This document shows, piece after piece, positions 49,534 through 59,812 of a stretch of 64,000 bases of DNA (positions within the stretch are counted from its first letter, which is position 1; each line of letters starts with the position of its first letter). Below the pieces are notes generated by a model. It did no database searches. It was given only the letters and a program-made list of their open reading frames with translations, and had not been told where the DNA came from. The DNA is from Bacteroidota bacterium (GTDB lineage: Bacteria; Bacteroidota; Bacteroidia; CAILMK01). The stretch spans positions 12,948 to 76,947 of the forward strand of contig JAWXCF010000049.1 of the NCBI GenBank assembly GCA_034440515.1, read 5' to 3'. Position numbers and translations under genes: made by a program.

Positions 49534-51090
49534 ATGAAACAAGTAAGCATAAGAATTCCTGCAGAAATTGGTTTGCAATCTGAATTGTTAGATAAATATA
49601 TTGCAAACAATTATTTTACAACCCAATACGAAATATTAAAAAGGTCTGTAGATGCGAGGGGCAAGATAATTCAGACTGAATTAATAATAAATCTCTATTT
49701 TAAAGAGCAGATACCCAGCTTAAATTTTGCTTATCCAATATCAGCATTGGCCCCACAAAAAAGAATAATTATAATAGGCTCAGGACCAGCTGGTTTATTT
49801 GCTGCACTGCATTGCATTAGTTTGGGAATTAAACCTATAATACTTGAGCGTGGAAACAACGTACAGGGTAGGCGAAGAGATTTAGCAAATATTAATAGGT
49901 TTAATATTGTAAATCCAGATAGTAACTATTGTTTCGGTGAGGGGGGTGCTGGAACTTATTCTGACGGCAAGCTATACACCCGAAGCACAAAACGTGGTGA
50001 TGTAGAAAGCATTTTGCGCATATTGGTAGAGCACGGTGCCACGCCAGAGATATTATTTGATGCTCACCCACATATAGGTACCAATAAACTACCTAAAGTA
50101 GTTGAGTCCATACGCAATAAAATATTGCAATCTGGCGGAGAAATTCATTTTAATACTTTAGTAACTGGCTTAATCCTTAAAGGTGTTACTCTAAAGGGGG
50201 TAATTACAACAGCAGATGAATATCAAGGAGATGCCGTCATAATGGCAACTGGTCACTCAGCCAGAGATATATATGAAATTTTAAACAAAGCTGATGTCGA
50301 AATTCAAGCCAAGCCCTTTGCTATGGGAGTGCGTGTTGAACATCCACAACAGCTAATAGACGATAATTTATATAGATTGCGTGGGCATAGCAGACCAGAT
50401 TATTTACCTGCTGCTGCATACAAATTAGTAACCCAAACCCATCATAACAATCAAGCAAGAGGGGTATATAGTTTTTGTATGTGTCCCGGGGGGTTTATAG
50501 TAGCTGCCGCAACCCAACAAAATGAACTGGTGGTAAATGGTATGTCACCATCTAGAAGAGATAGTAAATATGCCAACAGTGGCTATGTAGTAGCTATTGA
50601 ACCAACAGATTGGGAGCATCATACTGCTGAATACGGCGTATTTGCTGGACTAAAACTTCAGTCAGAGTTTGAGCAAACAATGTGGAGAAGCAGTGGCGAA
50701 ACTCAAACTGCATCTGCTCAAAAAATTGGAGACTTTATTCATTGTAAACTAAGTGAATCTTTACCATCTACCAGTTACATACCGGGAATAGTTTCTAGAA
50801 ATTTTAATGAAATACTTCCTGCTGGAATGGCCGATAGATTTAAGGCTGGTTTCAAAGAATTTGGTAAAAAAATAGATGGTTTTGATAGCAATCAAGGAAT
50901 TATGGTAGGCGCAGAAAGTAGAACCTCATCTCCTATTAGAATTCCAAGACAAAATGATACTTTTGAACACATTAGAATTCAACGATTATATCCCTGTGGC
51001 GAAGGTGCAGGCTATGCAGGTGGCATAGTAAGCGCAGCTATAGACGGTGTAAATTGCGCAGAGAAAGCAGTATTTAAATACTGCATTTAA
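49534..51090 (+). CDS. FAD-dependent oxidoreductase (COG2509-type NAD(FAD)-utilising dehydrogenase)
   Basis: N-terminal GSGPAGLFAA dinucleotide-binding motif. About 520 aa. Confidence 0.65.
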   Translation: MKQVSIRIPAEIGLQSELLDKYIANNYFTTQYEILKRSVDARGKIIQTELIINLYFKEQIPSLNFAYPISALAPQKRIIIIGSGPAGLFAALHCISLGIKPIILERGNNVQGRRRDLANINRFNIVNPDSNYCFGEGGAGTYSDGKLYTRSTKRGDVESILRILVEHGATPEILFDAHPHIGTNKLPKVVESIRNKILQSGGEIHFNTLVTGLILKGVTLKGVITTADEYQGDAVIMATGHSARDIYEILNKADVEIQAKPFAMGVRVEHPQQLIDDNLYRLRGHSRPDYLPAAAYKLVTQTHHNNQARGVYSFCMCPGGFIVAAATQQNELVVNGMSPSRRDSKYANSGYVVAIEPTDWEHHTAEYGVFAGLKLQSEFEQTMWRSSGETQTASAQKIGDFIHCKLSESLPSTSYIPGIVSRNFNEILPAGMADRFKAGFKEFGKKIDGFDSNQGIMVGAESRTSSPIRIPRQNDTFEHIRIQRLYPCGEGAGYAGGIVSAAIDGVNCAEKAVFKYCI

Positions 51091-51121
51091 ATAATTAGCA
51101 TTATAGTAACTTAAATAAATT

Positions 51122-51616
51122 ATGGAAAAAGTAACCCAAGACTGTGTTGTATCTATCAGCTATACCTTAATGGATGATAATGGGAACATTTTAGACCAAT
51201 CACCAGAAGGTGAACCACTTGAATACATACAAGGATATGAAAACATTATTCCTGCTTTAGAAAATGAATTAAATAATCTATCAGTAGGAGATGAAAGAAA
51301 TGTAAGAATAGAAAGCGAAGAAGCTTATGGTCCAATAGTTCAGGAAATGATAATGAAAGTTGATAAAACTAATTTTCCTGCTGATGCTGAATTTGAAGTA
51401 GGCGCTGAATTTGAGGCTAATTCTGAAGAAGGTGAAATGATATTTAGAATTATACAGGTAGAAGGCGAAGAAATTACTGTTGATGGTAATCATCCTTTAG
51501 CTGGTGTTGACTTAAATTTTCAAGTGAAAATAGAAGGAATTAGAGCTGCAACTGCAGAGGAAAAAGAACACGGGCACGTACACGGTATTGGTCACGACCA
51601 CGAAGACGAAAACTAA
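51122..51616 (+). CDS. slyD: FKBP-type peptidyl-prolyl isomerase SlyD with His-rich metal-binding C-terminal tail
   Basis: FKBP fold with an IF insertion and a HGHVHGIGHDHEDEN tail. Confidence 0.8.
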   Translation: MEKVTQDCVVSISYTLMDDNGNILDQSPEGEPLEYIQGYENIIPALENELNNLSVGDERNVRIESEEAYGPIVQEMIMKVDKTNFPADAEFEVGAEFEANSEEGEMIFRIIQVEGEEITVDGNHPLAGVDLNFQVKIEGIRAATAEEKEHGHVHGIGHDHEDEN

Positions 51617-51640
51617 GATTAACACTCTTAATACTTAATA

Positions 51641-51675
51641 AAAAGCCTAATAGAAATATCTATTGGGCTTTTTAT
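51641..51675 (+). terminator. Rho-independent terminator after slyD
   Basis: GCCTAATAGA-AATA-TCTATTGGGC stem followed by TTTTT. Confidence 0.65.
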
Positions 51676-51810
51676 TTGATGATATCAATGGTGATAAATT
51701 AAAAGCGAAGTTTTTCTTTCTTTTTTAATTATTTTATTCTGCTTAGCTACAGGCTAACAGTACCTTTGCAAATTATTATTTGAAGTAATTCAAAGGTTAT
51801 AGATATTTAA

Positions 51811-53493
51811 ATGAGTGATAATAAAGTAATATTTTCAATGGTGAATGTCAGCAAGACATATCCACCTCAAAAACAAGTCTTAAAAAATATATACCTATCT
51901 TTTTTCTATGGAGCTAAGATTGGAATTATAGGGTTAAACGGTTCAGGTAAATCTACCCTACTCAAAATCATAGCTGGCGTCGAAAAATCGTTTCAAGGTG
52001 ATGTAGTTTTTTCGCCTGGTTATACTGTTGGTTACCTTGAGCAAGAACCAAAACTAGATGATACTAAAACGGTAAAAGAGATAGTTCAAGAGGGCGTACA
52101 GGACGTGATGGACATACTAAATGAGTATGAAGAGGTCAATAATAAGTTTGGAGAAGATGAGTATCTGAACAATCCAGATAAAATGGACAAACTAATGGAG
52201 CGTCAGGGCCAGTTAATAGATCAAATAGAGGCAGCTGGTGCTTGGGATATAGATGTGAAGCTAGAGCGTGCTATGGATGCGCTGAGAACACCTGATGGTG
52301 ACGCGTTGATAAAGAATTTAAGTGGAGGTGAAAAAAGACGTGTAGCATTATGCAGATTATTACTAAAACAACCCGATGTATTATTGCTAGATGAGCCTAC
52401 TAACCACTTAGATGCAGAATCTATTGATTGGTTAGAGCAGTTTCTACAACAATATGCAGGCACTGTAATCGCAATAACGCACGATAGATATTTCTTAGAT
52501 AATGTAGCTAAATGGATATTAGAGTTAGATAGAGGTGAGGGAATTCCATTTGAGGGGAATTACAGCAGTTGGTTAGACCAAAAAAGTAAAAGATTAGCAA
52601 ACGAAGAAAAGTCTGAAAGTAAAAGGCTGAAAACACTTCAACGCGAGTTAGAATGGGTACGAATGGCACCAAAGGCGAGGCACGCAAAAAGTAAGGCAAG
52701 ATTAGGCGCTTACGATAAAATGATGAATGAAGATTCTAAGCAAAAAGAAGAAAAACTAGAGATATTTATACCAAATGGCCCAAGGTTGGGTAATAAAGTT
52801 ATAGAAGTTGAAGGCTTAACTAAATCATTTGGAGACAAAATATTGCTTGAAGATTTAACATTTAGCCTGCCACCTGCCGGTATAGTTGGGATTATAGGGC
52901 CAAATGGAGCAGGTAAGACAACAATGTTTAGAATGATAATGGGTGAAGAACAACCAGATCAAGGTAAAATTACCATTGGTGATACCGTTGTAATGTCTTA
53001 CGTTGACCAAACCCACAAAGAAATAGACCCAGAAAAATCAGTATGGGAAGTAATAAGTGGTGGAAATGAAATTATCATATTAGGTAAAAGTTCTATTAAC
53101 AGCAGAGCTTACGTAAGTAAGTTTAACTTTAGTGGTGCAGACCAACAGAAAAAAGTTGGTGTATTGTCTGGTGGTGAGCGAAATAGGTTACACTTAGCAA
53201 TGACTCTAAAGCAAGAGGCTAATGTATTGTTGCTAGATGAACCTACAAATGATATTGACGTAAATACACTAAGAGCGCTAGAAGAAGCCCTAGAAAACTT
53301 TGCAGGATGTGCAGTAATTATAACGCACGATAGATGGTTTCTTGACAGGGTTGCAACACACATTTTATCTTATGAGGGTGACAGCCAATGGTACTGGTAT
53401 GAAGGTACCTATTCTGAATATGAAGAAGCTAAGAAAAAGCGTTTAGGTGATATAGAACCAAAGCGTCCAAGATTTAAGAAGCTTGTAGTTTAA
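51811..53493 (+). CDS. ettA: Energy-dependent translational throttle ABC-F ATPase EttA
   Basis: About 555 aa, with two ABC cassettes (GLNGSGKST, GPNGAGKTT) and an EttA-length linker carrying a P-site tRNA-interaction motif. No TMD. Confidence 0.85.
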   Translation: MSDNKVIFSMVNVSKTYPPQKQVLKNIYLSFFYGAKIGIIGLNGSGKSTLLKIIAGVEKSFQGDVVFSPGYTVGYLEQEPKLDDTKTVKEIVQEGVQDVMDILNEYEEVNNKFGEDEYLNNPDKMDKLMERQGQLIDQIEAAGAWDIDVKLERAMDALRTPDGDALIKNLSGGEKRRVALCRLLLKQPDVLLLDEPTNHLDAESIDWLEQFLQQYAGTVIAITHDRYFLDNVAKWILELDRGEGIPFEGNYSSWLDQKSKRLANEEKSESKRLKTLQRELEWVRMAPKARHAKSKARLGAYDKMMNEDSKQKEEKLEIFIPNGPRLGNKVIEVEGLTKSFGDKILLEDLTFSLPPAGIVGIIGPNGAGKTTMFRMIMGEEQPDQGKITIGDTVVMSYVDQTHKEIDPEKSVWEVISGGNEIIILGKSSINSRAYVSKFNFSGADQQKKVGVLSGGERNRLHLAMTLKQEANVLLLDEPTNDIDVNTLRALEEALENFAGCAVIITHDRWFLDRVATHILSYEGDSQWYWYEGTYSEYEEAKKKRLGDIEPKRPRFKKLVV

Positions 53494-54471
53494 TTAAACT
53501 AGTAGATTACATCCTCTAATATCAGAGTTGTCAAATCTGCCCAAAACATTTATGGTAGAATCAGGTAATACCCTACCTAAATCTTGAGTCGCGATGAAGC
53601 TGATGGAATTTACATTAGCCAGATCAATTATATTTATGCCCCCTGTTTCGCCTGTTTCCAACAGATGCAGGGGGTCATTTATATCTCTAATTAATATTTG
53701 CATCCAATTCGGGCATTTAAAGCCTTTACCAGTATAGTAAGCCTGACTTAATAGTTCTGTCATACCGTATTCACTGATAATTTGGGCTAAGGGATATGCA
53801 GATTGCAGAATATGGTGTAGTTCCTCTCTAATTATTTCTTTTCCACGCCCTTTCATTCCTCCAGTTTCCATAATTATTGTATTGGCAAGTGGAGAATTAT
53901 ACACTTTAACCAAGTTTAATAAAGCATAGCTAACTCCAGTCAAAAAGACTTTTTGATTTTCAGATTCATAATAGCTTAATCTCTTAATTAGTAGTTTAAT
54001 ATCATTGAGATAAAAGCTAGAATCTGCATTCCCAGATATATGGTTTAGATAATTCATCATATAAACTAATGAAGAATTAGCCTGACTGAGATAGTTAGGT
54101 AATAAAGATAAAAATATGAATTGATCTACAGGTCCAAAGCTTTGCTGGAAGTTGGTTATTATCGATGATTCATAAATATTCAAATCTGTTACATAATGCT
54201 TACTTAACTGTTGGCCAGTTGTCCCACTACTTTGAAAATATTTGGTATCCGAGTCTATTTGACCAGCTATTTTGTGCGTTTTAAAAAATTCTATTGGTAG
54301 AAAAGGAATTTCTCTGTATGAATTAATATTAACTGGATGCTTACCTAATAGATTACAATATTTCTTATATATGTCAATTTTATTGTATTGAAATGCAAAG
54401 ATTTGTAAACATAAGTCTTCAAAATCGTGCTGATTATTTATCTTAAATATTCCATCTATAGAAAAATGCAT
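53494..54471 (-). CDS. LuxE-like acyl-protein synthetase / acyl-transferase family protein
   Basis: SSGTTG adenylate-forming-type P-loop near the N-terminus. About 325 aa, resembling the LuxE/PaaK fold. This is a weak motif-only call. Confidence 0.5.
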   Translation of the reverse strand: MHFSIDGIFKINNQHDFEDLCLQIFAFQYNKIDIYKKYCNLLGKHPVNINSYREIPFLPIEFFKTHKIAGQIDSDTKYFQSSGTTGQQLSKHYVTDLNIYESSIITNFQQSFGPVDQFIFLSLLPNYLSQANSSLVYMMNYLNHISGNADSSFYLNDIKLLIKRLSYYESENQKVFLTGVSYALLNLVKVYNSPLANTIIMETGGMKGRGKEIIREELHHILQSAYPLAQIISEYGMTELLSQAYYTGKGFKCPNWMQILIRDINDPLHLLETGETGGINIIDLANVNSISFIATQDLGRVLPDSTINVLGRFDNSDIRGCNLLV

Positions 54472-54525
54472 TGCCCTGCAAAATTACACAGTAGTTTAAA
54501 GCCATATAACAGATATTTTTGCAAA

Positions 54526-55332
54526 ATGAAAAAAGCTGAATTGATTAATCAAATAGTTACCAAAAAATCGTTGCTGACTATTGGATTAGATACAGACCTA
54601 AACAAATTACCAATTGGTATAGAAAAGTCCTGGAAAGGCGTGGTTGAATTTAACAAACGAATTATTGAAACTACTGAACCCTACGCAGTTGCCTATAAAA
54701 TAAATACAGCATTTTACGAGTGGGGCGGAGTTGCGGGCTGGGATGCCTTGGAGAAAACCCTTCAGCTATTACCGAGCAATGTGTTAAAAATAGCAGATGC
54801 TAAACGAGGTGATATAGGTAACACTAGTGATATGTATGCAAAAACTTTTTTTGAGACTTTTGACTTTGATGCTGTGACAGTTGCGCCATATATGGGGTAT
54901 GACAGCATTAAACCATTTACAGATTATACTGACAAATGGACCATAGTGTTAGGCCTAACTAGTAATGCAGGTGCTTATGATTATCAAAAGCTAAAAACAG
55001 AGGATGGTAAATATTTATTTGAGACTGTAATAGAGAAAGCAGCTAAACTAGGTACTGAGAATAATATGATGTTTGTTGTAGGTGCTACACAGTCAGATTA
55101 CCTTCAAATAGTAAGAGAGATAATACCCAATCATTTTCTATTGGTACCAGGTATTGGCTCTCAGGGGGGTGATTTGCAAGCTTTACTAGCTACTGGGTTA
55201 AACCAAGACTATGGCCTGTTAATAAATAGCAGCCGACAAATATTGTACGCTAGTATCGATGAAAACTTTGCAGAAACAGCAATGGATGAGGCCAAGAAAG
55301 TACAAGAACAGATGGCTAAACTTCTGATCTAA
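54526..55332 (+). CDS. pyrF: Orotidine-5-prime-phosphate decarboxylase (type 2, long form)
   Basis: KIADAKRGDIGNT and LLVPGIGSQGG motifs. I chose the ATG at 54526. Confidence 0.85.
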   Translation: MKKAELINQIVTKKSLLTIGLDTDLNKLPIGIEKSWKGVVEFNKRIIETTEPYAVAYKINTAFYEWGGVAGWDALEKTLQLLPSNVLKIADAKRGDIGNTSDMYAKTFFETFDFDAVTVAPYMGYDSIKPFTDYTDKWTIVLGLTSNAGAYDYQKLKTEDGKYLFETVIEKAAKLGTENNMMFVVGATQSDYLQIVREIIPNHFLLVPGIGSQGGDLQALLATGLNQDYGLLINSSRQILYASIDENFAETAMDEAKKVQEQMAKLLI

Positions 55333-56090
55333 TAAATATTGTGATCTTTAAAACTATAGTAGCCTGAGTTTGAAAATATCAAATGATCTAGCAAATTACA
55401 GTCTATCATTTTGCACACTTCATTTATTCTATGAGTAACGTCTATGTCAACCTGACTAGGTTTAAGTGATCCACTTGGATGATTGTGGCAAATAATTAAG
55501 CCACTGGCTTGATAATCACCAACATTTCTAATTATCATTTTTAAGTCAATGCTAAGTGAAGTCGTTGTACCCTTATGCAGTTGAATTGCCTTTATGATTT
55601 GATTAGCCCTATTAAGAAGTATAATGTGAAACTCCTCGTGCAACAAGTCTAAAAACTGATATGAATAGTACTCAAAAACCGATAAACTGGAGGTAATTGC
55701 TGGCTTACTCTCGTTCAGTTTAGCATCTTTATGAACAGGATATTGCGGTAGATTTTCAGTTTGAAGATTAAAATCGCCTTTACGTCTCTTACTTAGTTCT
55801 AAGGCTGCAGCTATAAATGTTGCTTTGGCCTTGCCAATTCCATTTATTTCTTTCATTTGCCTAGGGGTAAGCATATGAAGCTTATCTAATTCTCCCCCTA
55901 CCAATCCAAGTAGTTCTTGGGCTAGATCAATTGCAGATTTCTTCTTTGTACCTGTATTAATTAGTATTGCTAATAATTCCGCATTAGATAATGCAGAGGC
56001 ACCTAAGGTTTCTAATTTCTCACGTGGACGATCAGATTCTTCCCGTTTGTTTATGGGAATATACAGTGGTTCAGGATTTTCAATATTCAT
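55329..56090 (-). CDS. radC: RadC-family JAB/MPN-domain protein
   Basis: N-terminal HhH region (LSNAELLAILI) and a JAMM motif HNHPSG. Confidence 0.8.
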   Translation of the reverse strand: MNIENPEPLYIPINKREESDRPREKLETLGASALSNAELLAILINTGTKKKSAIDLAQELLGLVGGELDKLHMLTPRQMKEINGIGKAKATFIAAALELSKRRKGDFNLQTENLPQYPVHKDAKLNESKPAITSSLSVFEYYSYQFLDLLHEEFHIILLNRANQIIKAIQLHKGTTTSLSIDLKMIIRNVGDYQASGLIICHNHPSGSLKPSQVDIDVTHRINEVCKMIDCNLLDHLIFSNSGYYSFKDHNIY

Positions 56091-56139
56091 ATTAGCTTAT
56101 TTAATATCCAAATATTTACGGGATATTATTTAACCAATA

Positions 56140-56397
56140 CTACTTACTTAATTGATTAACAAATTTAGCCAGTCTTGATTTTTTGTTAGACGCGTTGTTT
56201 TTGTGAATCAAACCACGTTTCGCCAATTTGTCTAATGCTGAGATAACATCAATATATAATTTTTGAGCTTCAGCTACATCTTTTGTAGCACGTAGTTTAC
56301 GTACCATATTACGAGTTGTTTTAGCTTGATATCTATTTCTTAATCTACGCGTCTCAATTTGACGTATTCTCTTGATCGCTGATTTATGGTGAGCCAT
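56140..56397 (-). CDS. rpsT: 30S ribosomal protein S20
   Basis: [14 protein letters not shown]-terminus. 85 aa. Confidence 0.9.
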   Translation of the reverse strand: MAHHKSAIKRIRQIETRRLRNRYQAKTTRNMVRKLRATKDVAEAQKLYIDVISALDKLAKRGLIHKNNASNKKSRLAKFVNQLSK

Positions 56398-56447
56398 TAT
56401 ACTTTATATTCTATTTTAGAGGTGCAAAGTTAATATAAAAATATTAT

Positions 56448-56975
56448 TTATTTTAACGATTTTAACTTTTCCTCCAGTAAAGATTCCTCTCCTTCTTTAT
56501 AACTGCTATGTTTATACACAATGTTACCGTCTTTATCTACAATTATGGTGTAGGGTACGTTGTCATAGTTTAGCATTCTTTTGCTATCACTATTTACGTC
56601 GGTCAATATAGTGAAGTCCCATTTTTTACCACGTGCATAGGGTGCTACTTTAGCTATGTTCCTTGAATCATCAATTGATACAGCTATCACCTCAACATTA
56701 TACTCTTTCTTCCAATCATCAATAATATCATTAATATTATCTAATTCTTTCTTACAAGGTGAGCACCAAGTTGCCCAAAACGAAATGATAACAGGTTTGC
56801 CTTTGCCAGTTAATTCCTTTAGGTCAACATCTTTACCATCTAAGTCTTTTAGTTTAACACTTGGAATGGCTTTACCCTCAGTTTCATCAGGAGTAATAGG
56901 AATTAACGTAAATGCAGACAGACCTACTAATAAAACAACTAATCCAGCAAAGTATATGTGAAAGTATTTTTTCAT
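56448..56975 (-). CDS. TlpA-like periplasmic thiol:disulfide oxidoreductase (thioredoxin fold)
   Basis: Signal anchor and a WATWCSPC (CxxC) motif. Confidence 0.8.
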   Translation of the reverse strand: MKKYFHIYFAGLVVLLVGLSAFTLIPITPDETEGKAIPSVKLKDLDGKDVDLKELTGKGKPVIISFWATWCSPCKKELDNINDIIDDWKKEYNVEVIAVSIDDSRNIAKVAPYARGKKWDFTILTDVNSDSKRMLNYDNVPYTIIVDKDGNIVYKHSSYKEGEESLLEEKLKSLK

Positions 56976-57052
56976 ATTATTGTTTATTGAAATACAAAAG
57001 GTACGCCAAATAATTAACGTACCTCTGTTTAAAATATTACTATTTATGGTGG

Positions 57053-58180
57053 CTACAAGTTGCCTCTAAGTTCTTGCTCTCTTTCTATAGATTCAAATAG
57101 AGCCTTAAAGTTTCCTTTTCCAAATGAGGTAGCACCCTTACGCTGAATAACTTCTATAAATAAAGTTGGTCTATCTTCAAGTGGCTTAGAGAATATTTGA
57201 AGTAAATAACCCTCTTCATCTCTATCTACCAGTATATTCAATTCTTCTATTGCTTTTATATCCTCATCTATCAAGCCTACTCTATCATACAATTCTTGAT
57301 AATAAGATGATGGCACTGTTAAAAACTCTATGCCTCTTGCTTTTAAGTTTTTTACAGTAGCTATTATATCTTCTGTTGCTAATGCTAAGTGTTGAACGCC
57401 AGGGCCCTCATAGAAATCTAGATATTCTTCTATTTGAGACTTCTTTTTACCCTCAGCTGGTTCATTGATAGGGAATTTAATGTAACCGTTACCATTACTT
57501 ACCACTTTGCTCATTAGTGCAGAGTATTCAGTGCTTATGTCTTTATCATCAAAAGTGATTAGATTATAAAATCCCATTACGCGCTCATAATAGCTAACCC
57601 ACTCGTTCATTTTACCTAATTCAACGTTTCCCACTGCGTGGTCAACGTGTTTAATTCCTGACTCTGGTGCCCTAAATACTGGATTCCAAGCTTTAAAGCC
57701 AGGAAGAAATACACCATCGTATTCGCTACGCTCTACAAATAGATTTACAACATCACCATAGGTTCTAATACCAGAAACCACTACTTTTCCGTTCTCATCT
57801 TGATATGTAGTTGGCTCTAAATAAGATATACCACCCCTATCAGTAGTTTCTTTATACGATAGAGTTGCATCATCTACTGTAATGGCATATGCCTTAACAC
57901 CGTCACCGTGCTTGCGCAGGTGATCGTTAATAGGATTTTTGCTATTAAGTGGGGTGGTCAGCATTATGGTGATTTTACCTTGTCTAACAACATAACTCAC
58001 TTGCTCTCTATTTCCCGTTTCAAGACCAGAATACGCCAGAGGCTGAAAACCCCAAGCTGCCTGATAATAATATGCAGCCTGCTTAGCATTGCCTACATAT
58101 AGTTCTAAATAATCTGTACCTAATAGGGGTAAGAAATCGTCCGCCATTGTCTTTTGTGGTGCTTTTTCTAAAGTTTCCAT
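57053..58180 (-). CDS. hppD: 4-hydroxyphenylpyruvate dioxygenase
   Basis: About 375 aa with two VOC modules and a conserved C-terminal HPPD region. Confidence 0.85.
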   Translation of the reverse strand: METLEKAPQKTMADDFLPLLGTDYLELYVGNAKQAAYYYQAAWGFQPLAYSGLETGNREQVSYVVRQGKITIMLTTPLNSKNPINDHLRKHGDGVKAYAITVDDATLSYKETTDRGGISYLEPTTYQDENGKVVVSGIRTYGDVVNLFVERSEYDGVFLPGFKAWNPVFRAPESGIKHVDHAVGNVELGKMNEWVSYYERVMGFYNLITFDDKDISTEYSALMSKVVSNGNGYIKFPINEPAEGKKKSQIEEYLDFYEGPGVQHLALATEDIIATVKNLKARGIEFLTVPSSYYQELYDRVGLIDEDIKAIEELNILVDRDEEGYLLQIFSKPLEDRPTLFIEVIQRKGATSFGKGNFKALFESIEREQELRGNL

Positions 58181-58207
58181 ATTATAATTTTTCTTTAATT
58201 GTAATTT

Positions 58208-59392
58208 TTAATGTAACCAGCTTTGAAAGTACGACTTATCTTCAACACCTTCGGCGGCTTTAGTTATCCATAGTGGATGAAAGGTATCTACCATAACAGC
58301 TAATTCCTTATTTTCCTTTTGACCAATGCTTTTCTCTACTGTTCCTGGGTGTGGCCCGTGGGGAATACCAATTGGGTGAAGAGTTATTTGCCCCTTTACC
58401 ACGTGTTTTCTACTCATAAAGTCACCATCAACATAATACAACACTTCGTCGCTATCTACATTACTGTGATTATACGGGGCAGGTATGCTATCTGGATGAT
58501 AATCATATAGTCTTGGTACAAATGAGCATATCACAAAATTGTGGGCCTCAAACGTTTGATGTACTGGAGGGGGTTGGTGTAATCTACCCGTTATTGGCTC
58601 AAAGTTGTGGATTGAGAATGCGTAGGGGTATGTGGCTCCGTCCCAACCTATTAGGTCAAAAGGATGGTTGGCATAGGTATATGGGAATAACTCGTTTTGC
58701 TTTTTAATATATACTAAGAAATCACCCTCTTCGTCGTGAGTTTTTAAATTAGCAGGCTTACGAATGTCACGCTCACAAAACGGTGAATTCTCAAGGAGTT
58801 GACCATAAGGACTGCGATAACGCTTAGGTGTTATGATTGGGCTATTTGACTCTATATAAAGTATTCTGTTATTGGCATCATCAAAAGTAAGTTGATAAAT
58901 TACCCCTCTAGGAATGACTAAGTAATCACCATAGCCGAATGCAATTTCACCAAATGCTGTATGTAATATACCACTACCCTGATGTATAAATAAGACCTCA
59001 TCTGCAACTGCATTTTTAAAGAAGTAATTATCCATACTTACCTTAGGTGCTACTGTTCCTACTAGGCAATCGTTATTTAAAAGCAAAGGTGTACGCCCCT
59101 TTAAATAATCATCATCAGACTTAATATCAAATGTAGCATAGCTTCTATGTTGCATATTGTTTTTAGTCTGCAATTCTGGGCTAAGGTCAATGCTGTCTGC
59201 AATTGACTTAATTCTAGTAGGGGGATGAATGTGATATAGCAAAGAGTAGTTATTAGAGAACCCCTCTGTAGAAAACAACTCCTCAGAATATAAATTGCCG
59301 TTTTCCTGTCTAAAAACAGTATGCCTTTTAGGTGGAATATGACCTAAACTGTAATAATGCATATAATATAAATATAATGAAGCCCTATACAA
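58208..59392 (-). CDS. hmgA: Homogentisate 1,2-dioxygenase
   Basis: About 390 aa cupin-type HGD with conserved His/Glu iron ligands in the C-terminal half. The true start may be the internal Met about 10 codons in. Confidence 0.8.
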   Translation of the reverse strand: MYRASLYLYYMHYYSLGHIPPKRHTVFRQENGNLYSEELFSTEGFSNNYSLLYHIHPPTRIKSIADSIDLSPELQTKNNMQHRSYATFDIKSDDDYLKGRTPLLLNNDCLVGTVAPKVSMDNYFFKNAVADEVLFIHQGSGILHTAFGEIAFGYGDYLVIPRGVIYQLTFDDANNRILYIESNSPIITPKRYRSPYGQLLENSPFCERDIRKPANLKTHDEEGDFLVYIKKQNELFPYTYANHPFDLIGWDGATYPYAFSIHNFEPITGRLHQPPPVHQTFEAHNFVICSFVPRLYDYHPDSIPAPYNHSNVDSDEVLYYVDGDFMSRKHVVKGQITLHPIGIPHGPHPGTVEKSIGQKENKELAVMVDTFHPLWITKAAEGVEDKSYFQSWLH

Positions 59393-59463
59393 ATATACCC
59401 ATTCCTATAAAGCAGTAGATATATTATTGATTTATAAATATGTGTTAGGGTCAAATAATACCT

Positions 59464-59754
59464 TTGCAAAATATGGTTCGTTATTTTTATGCTATCGCAC
59501 TAGTCTGCCAGGTAGTTTCCTTTGTTTCTACGTTCTATTTAATGTTTGTTAGGGCCAATATTCCAATTCTATATTTCTCTTTAACTGTATTTTCTTTAGG
59601 TGTCATTGTTATGGCTTTAGGCATATATAAGGGCAGTAAACACGTATCTGGTAACTGCATTTCACTGCTTTTGGTTTTGCTAAATATATTGTTTTATGCA
59701 GTTATATTTTTTGGTCAGGCATCAACCAGTTGGGTTAGCCACGGCAAAGGTTAA
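59464..59754 (+). CDS. Small hypothetical membrane protein (3 TM)
   Basis: 96-aa hydrophobic ORF in otherwise empty spacer. No homology inferred. Confidence 0.3.
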   Translation: MQNMVRYFYAIALVCQVVSFVSTFYLMFVRANIPILYFSLTVFSLGVIVMALGIYKGSKHVSGNCISLLLVLLNILFYAVIFFGQASTSWVSHGKG

Positions 59755-59758
59755 GTCA

Positions 59759-59795
59759 TAAAAAAAGCCTTAGCTGAACTAACAGTTAAGGCTAT
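59759..59795. terminator. Bidirectional terminator between the small membrane ORF and atpG
   Basis: An A7 run, then the AGCCTTA...TAAGGCT hairpin. Read on the minus strand this gives hairpin + T7, immediately downstream of atpG. Confidence 0.55.
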
Positions 59796-59812
59796 ATATA
59801 GTAAATACTTGA

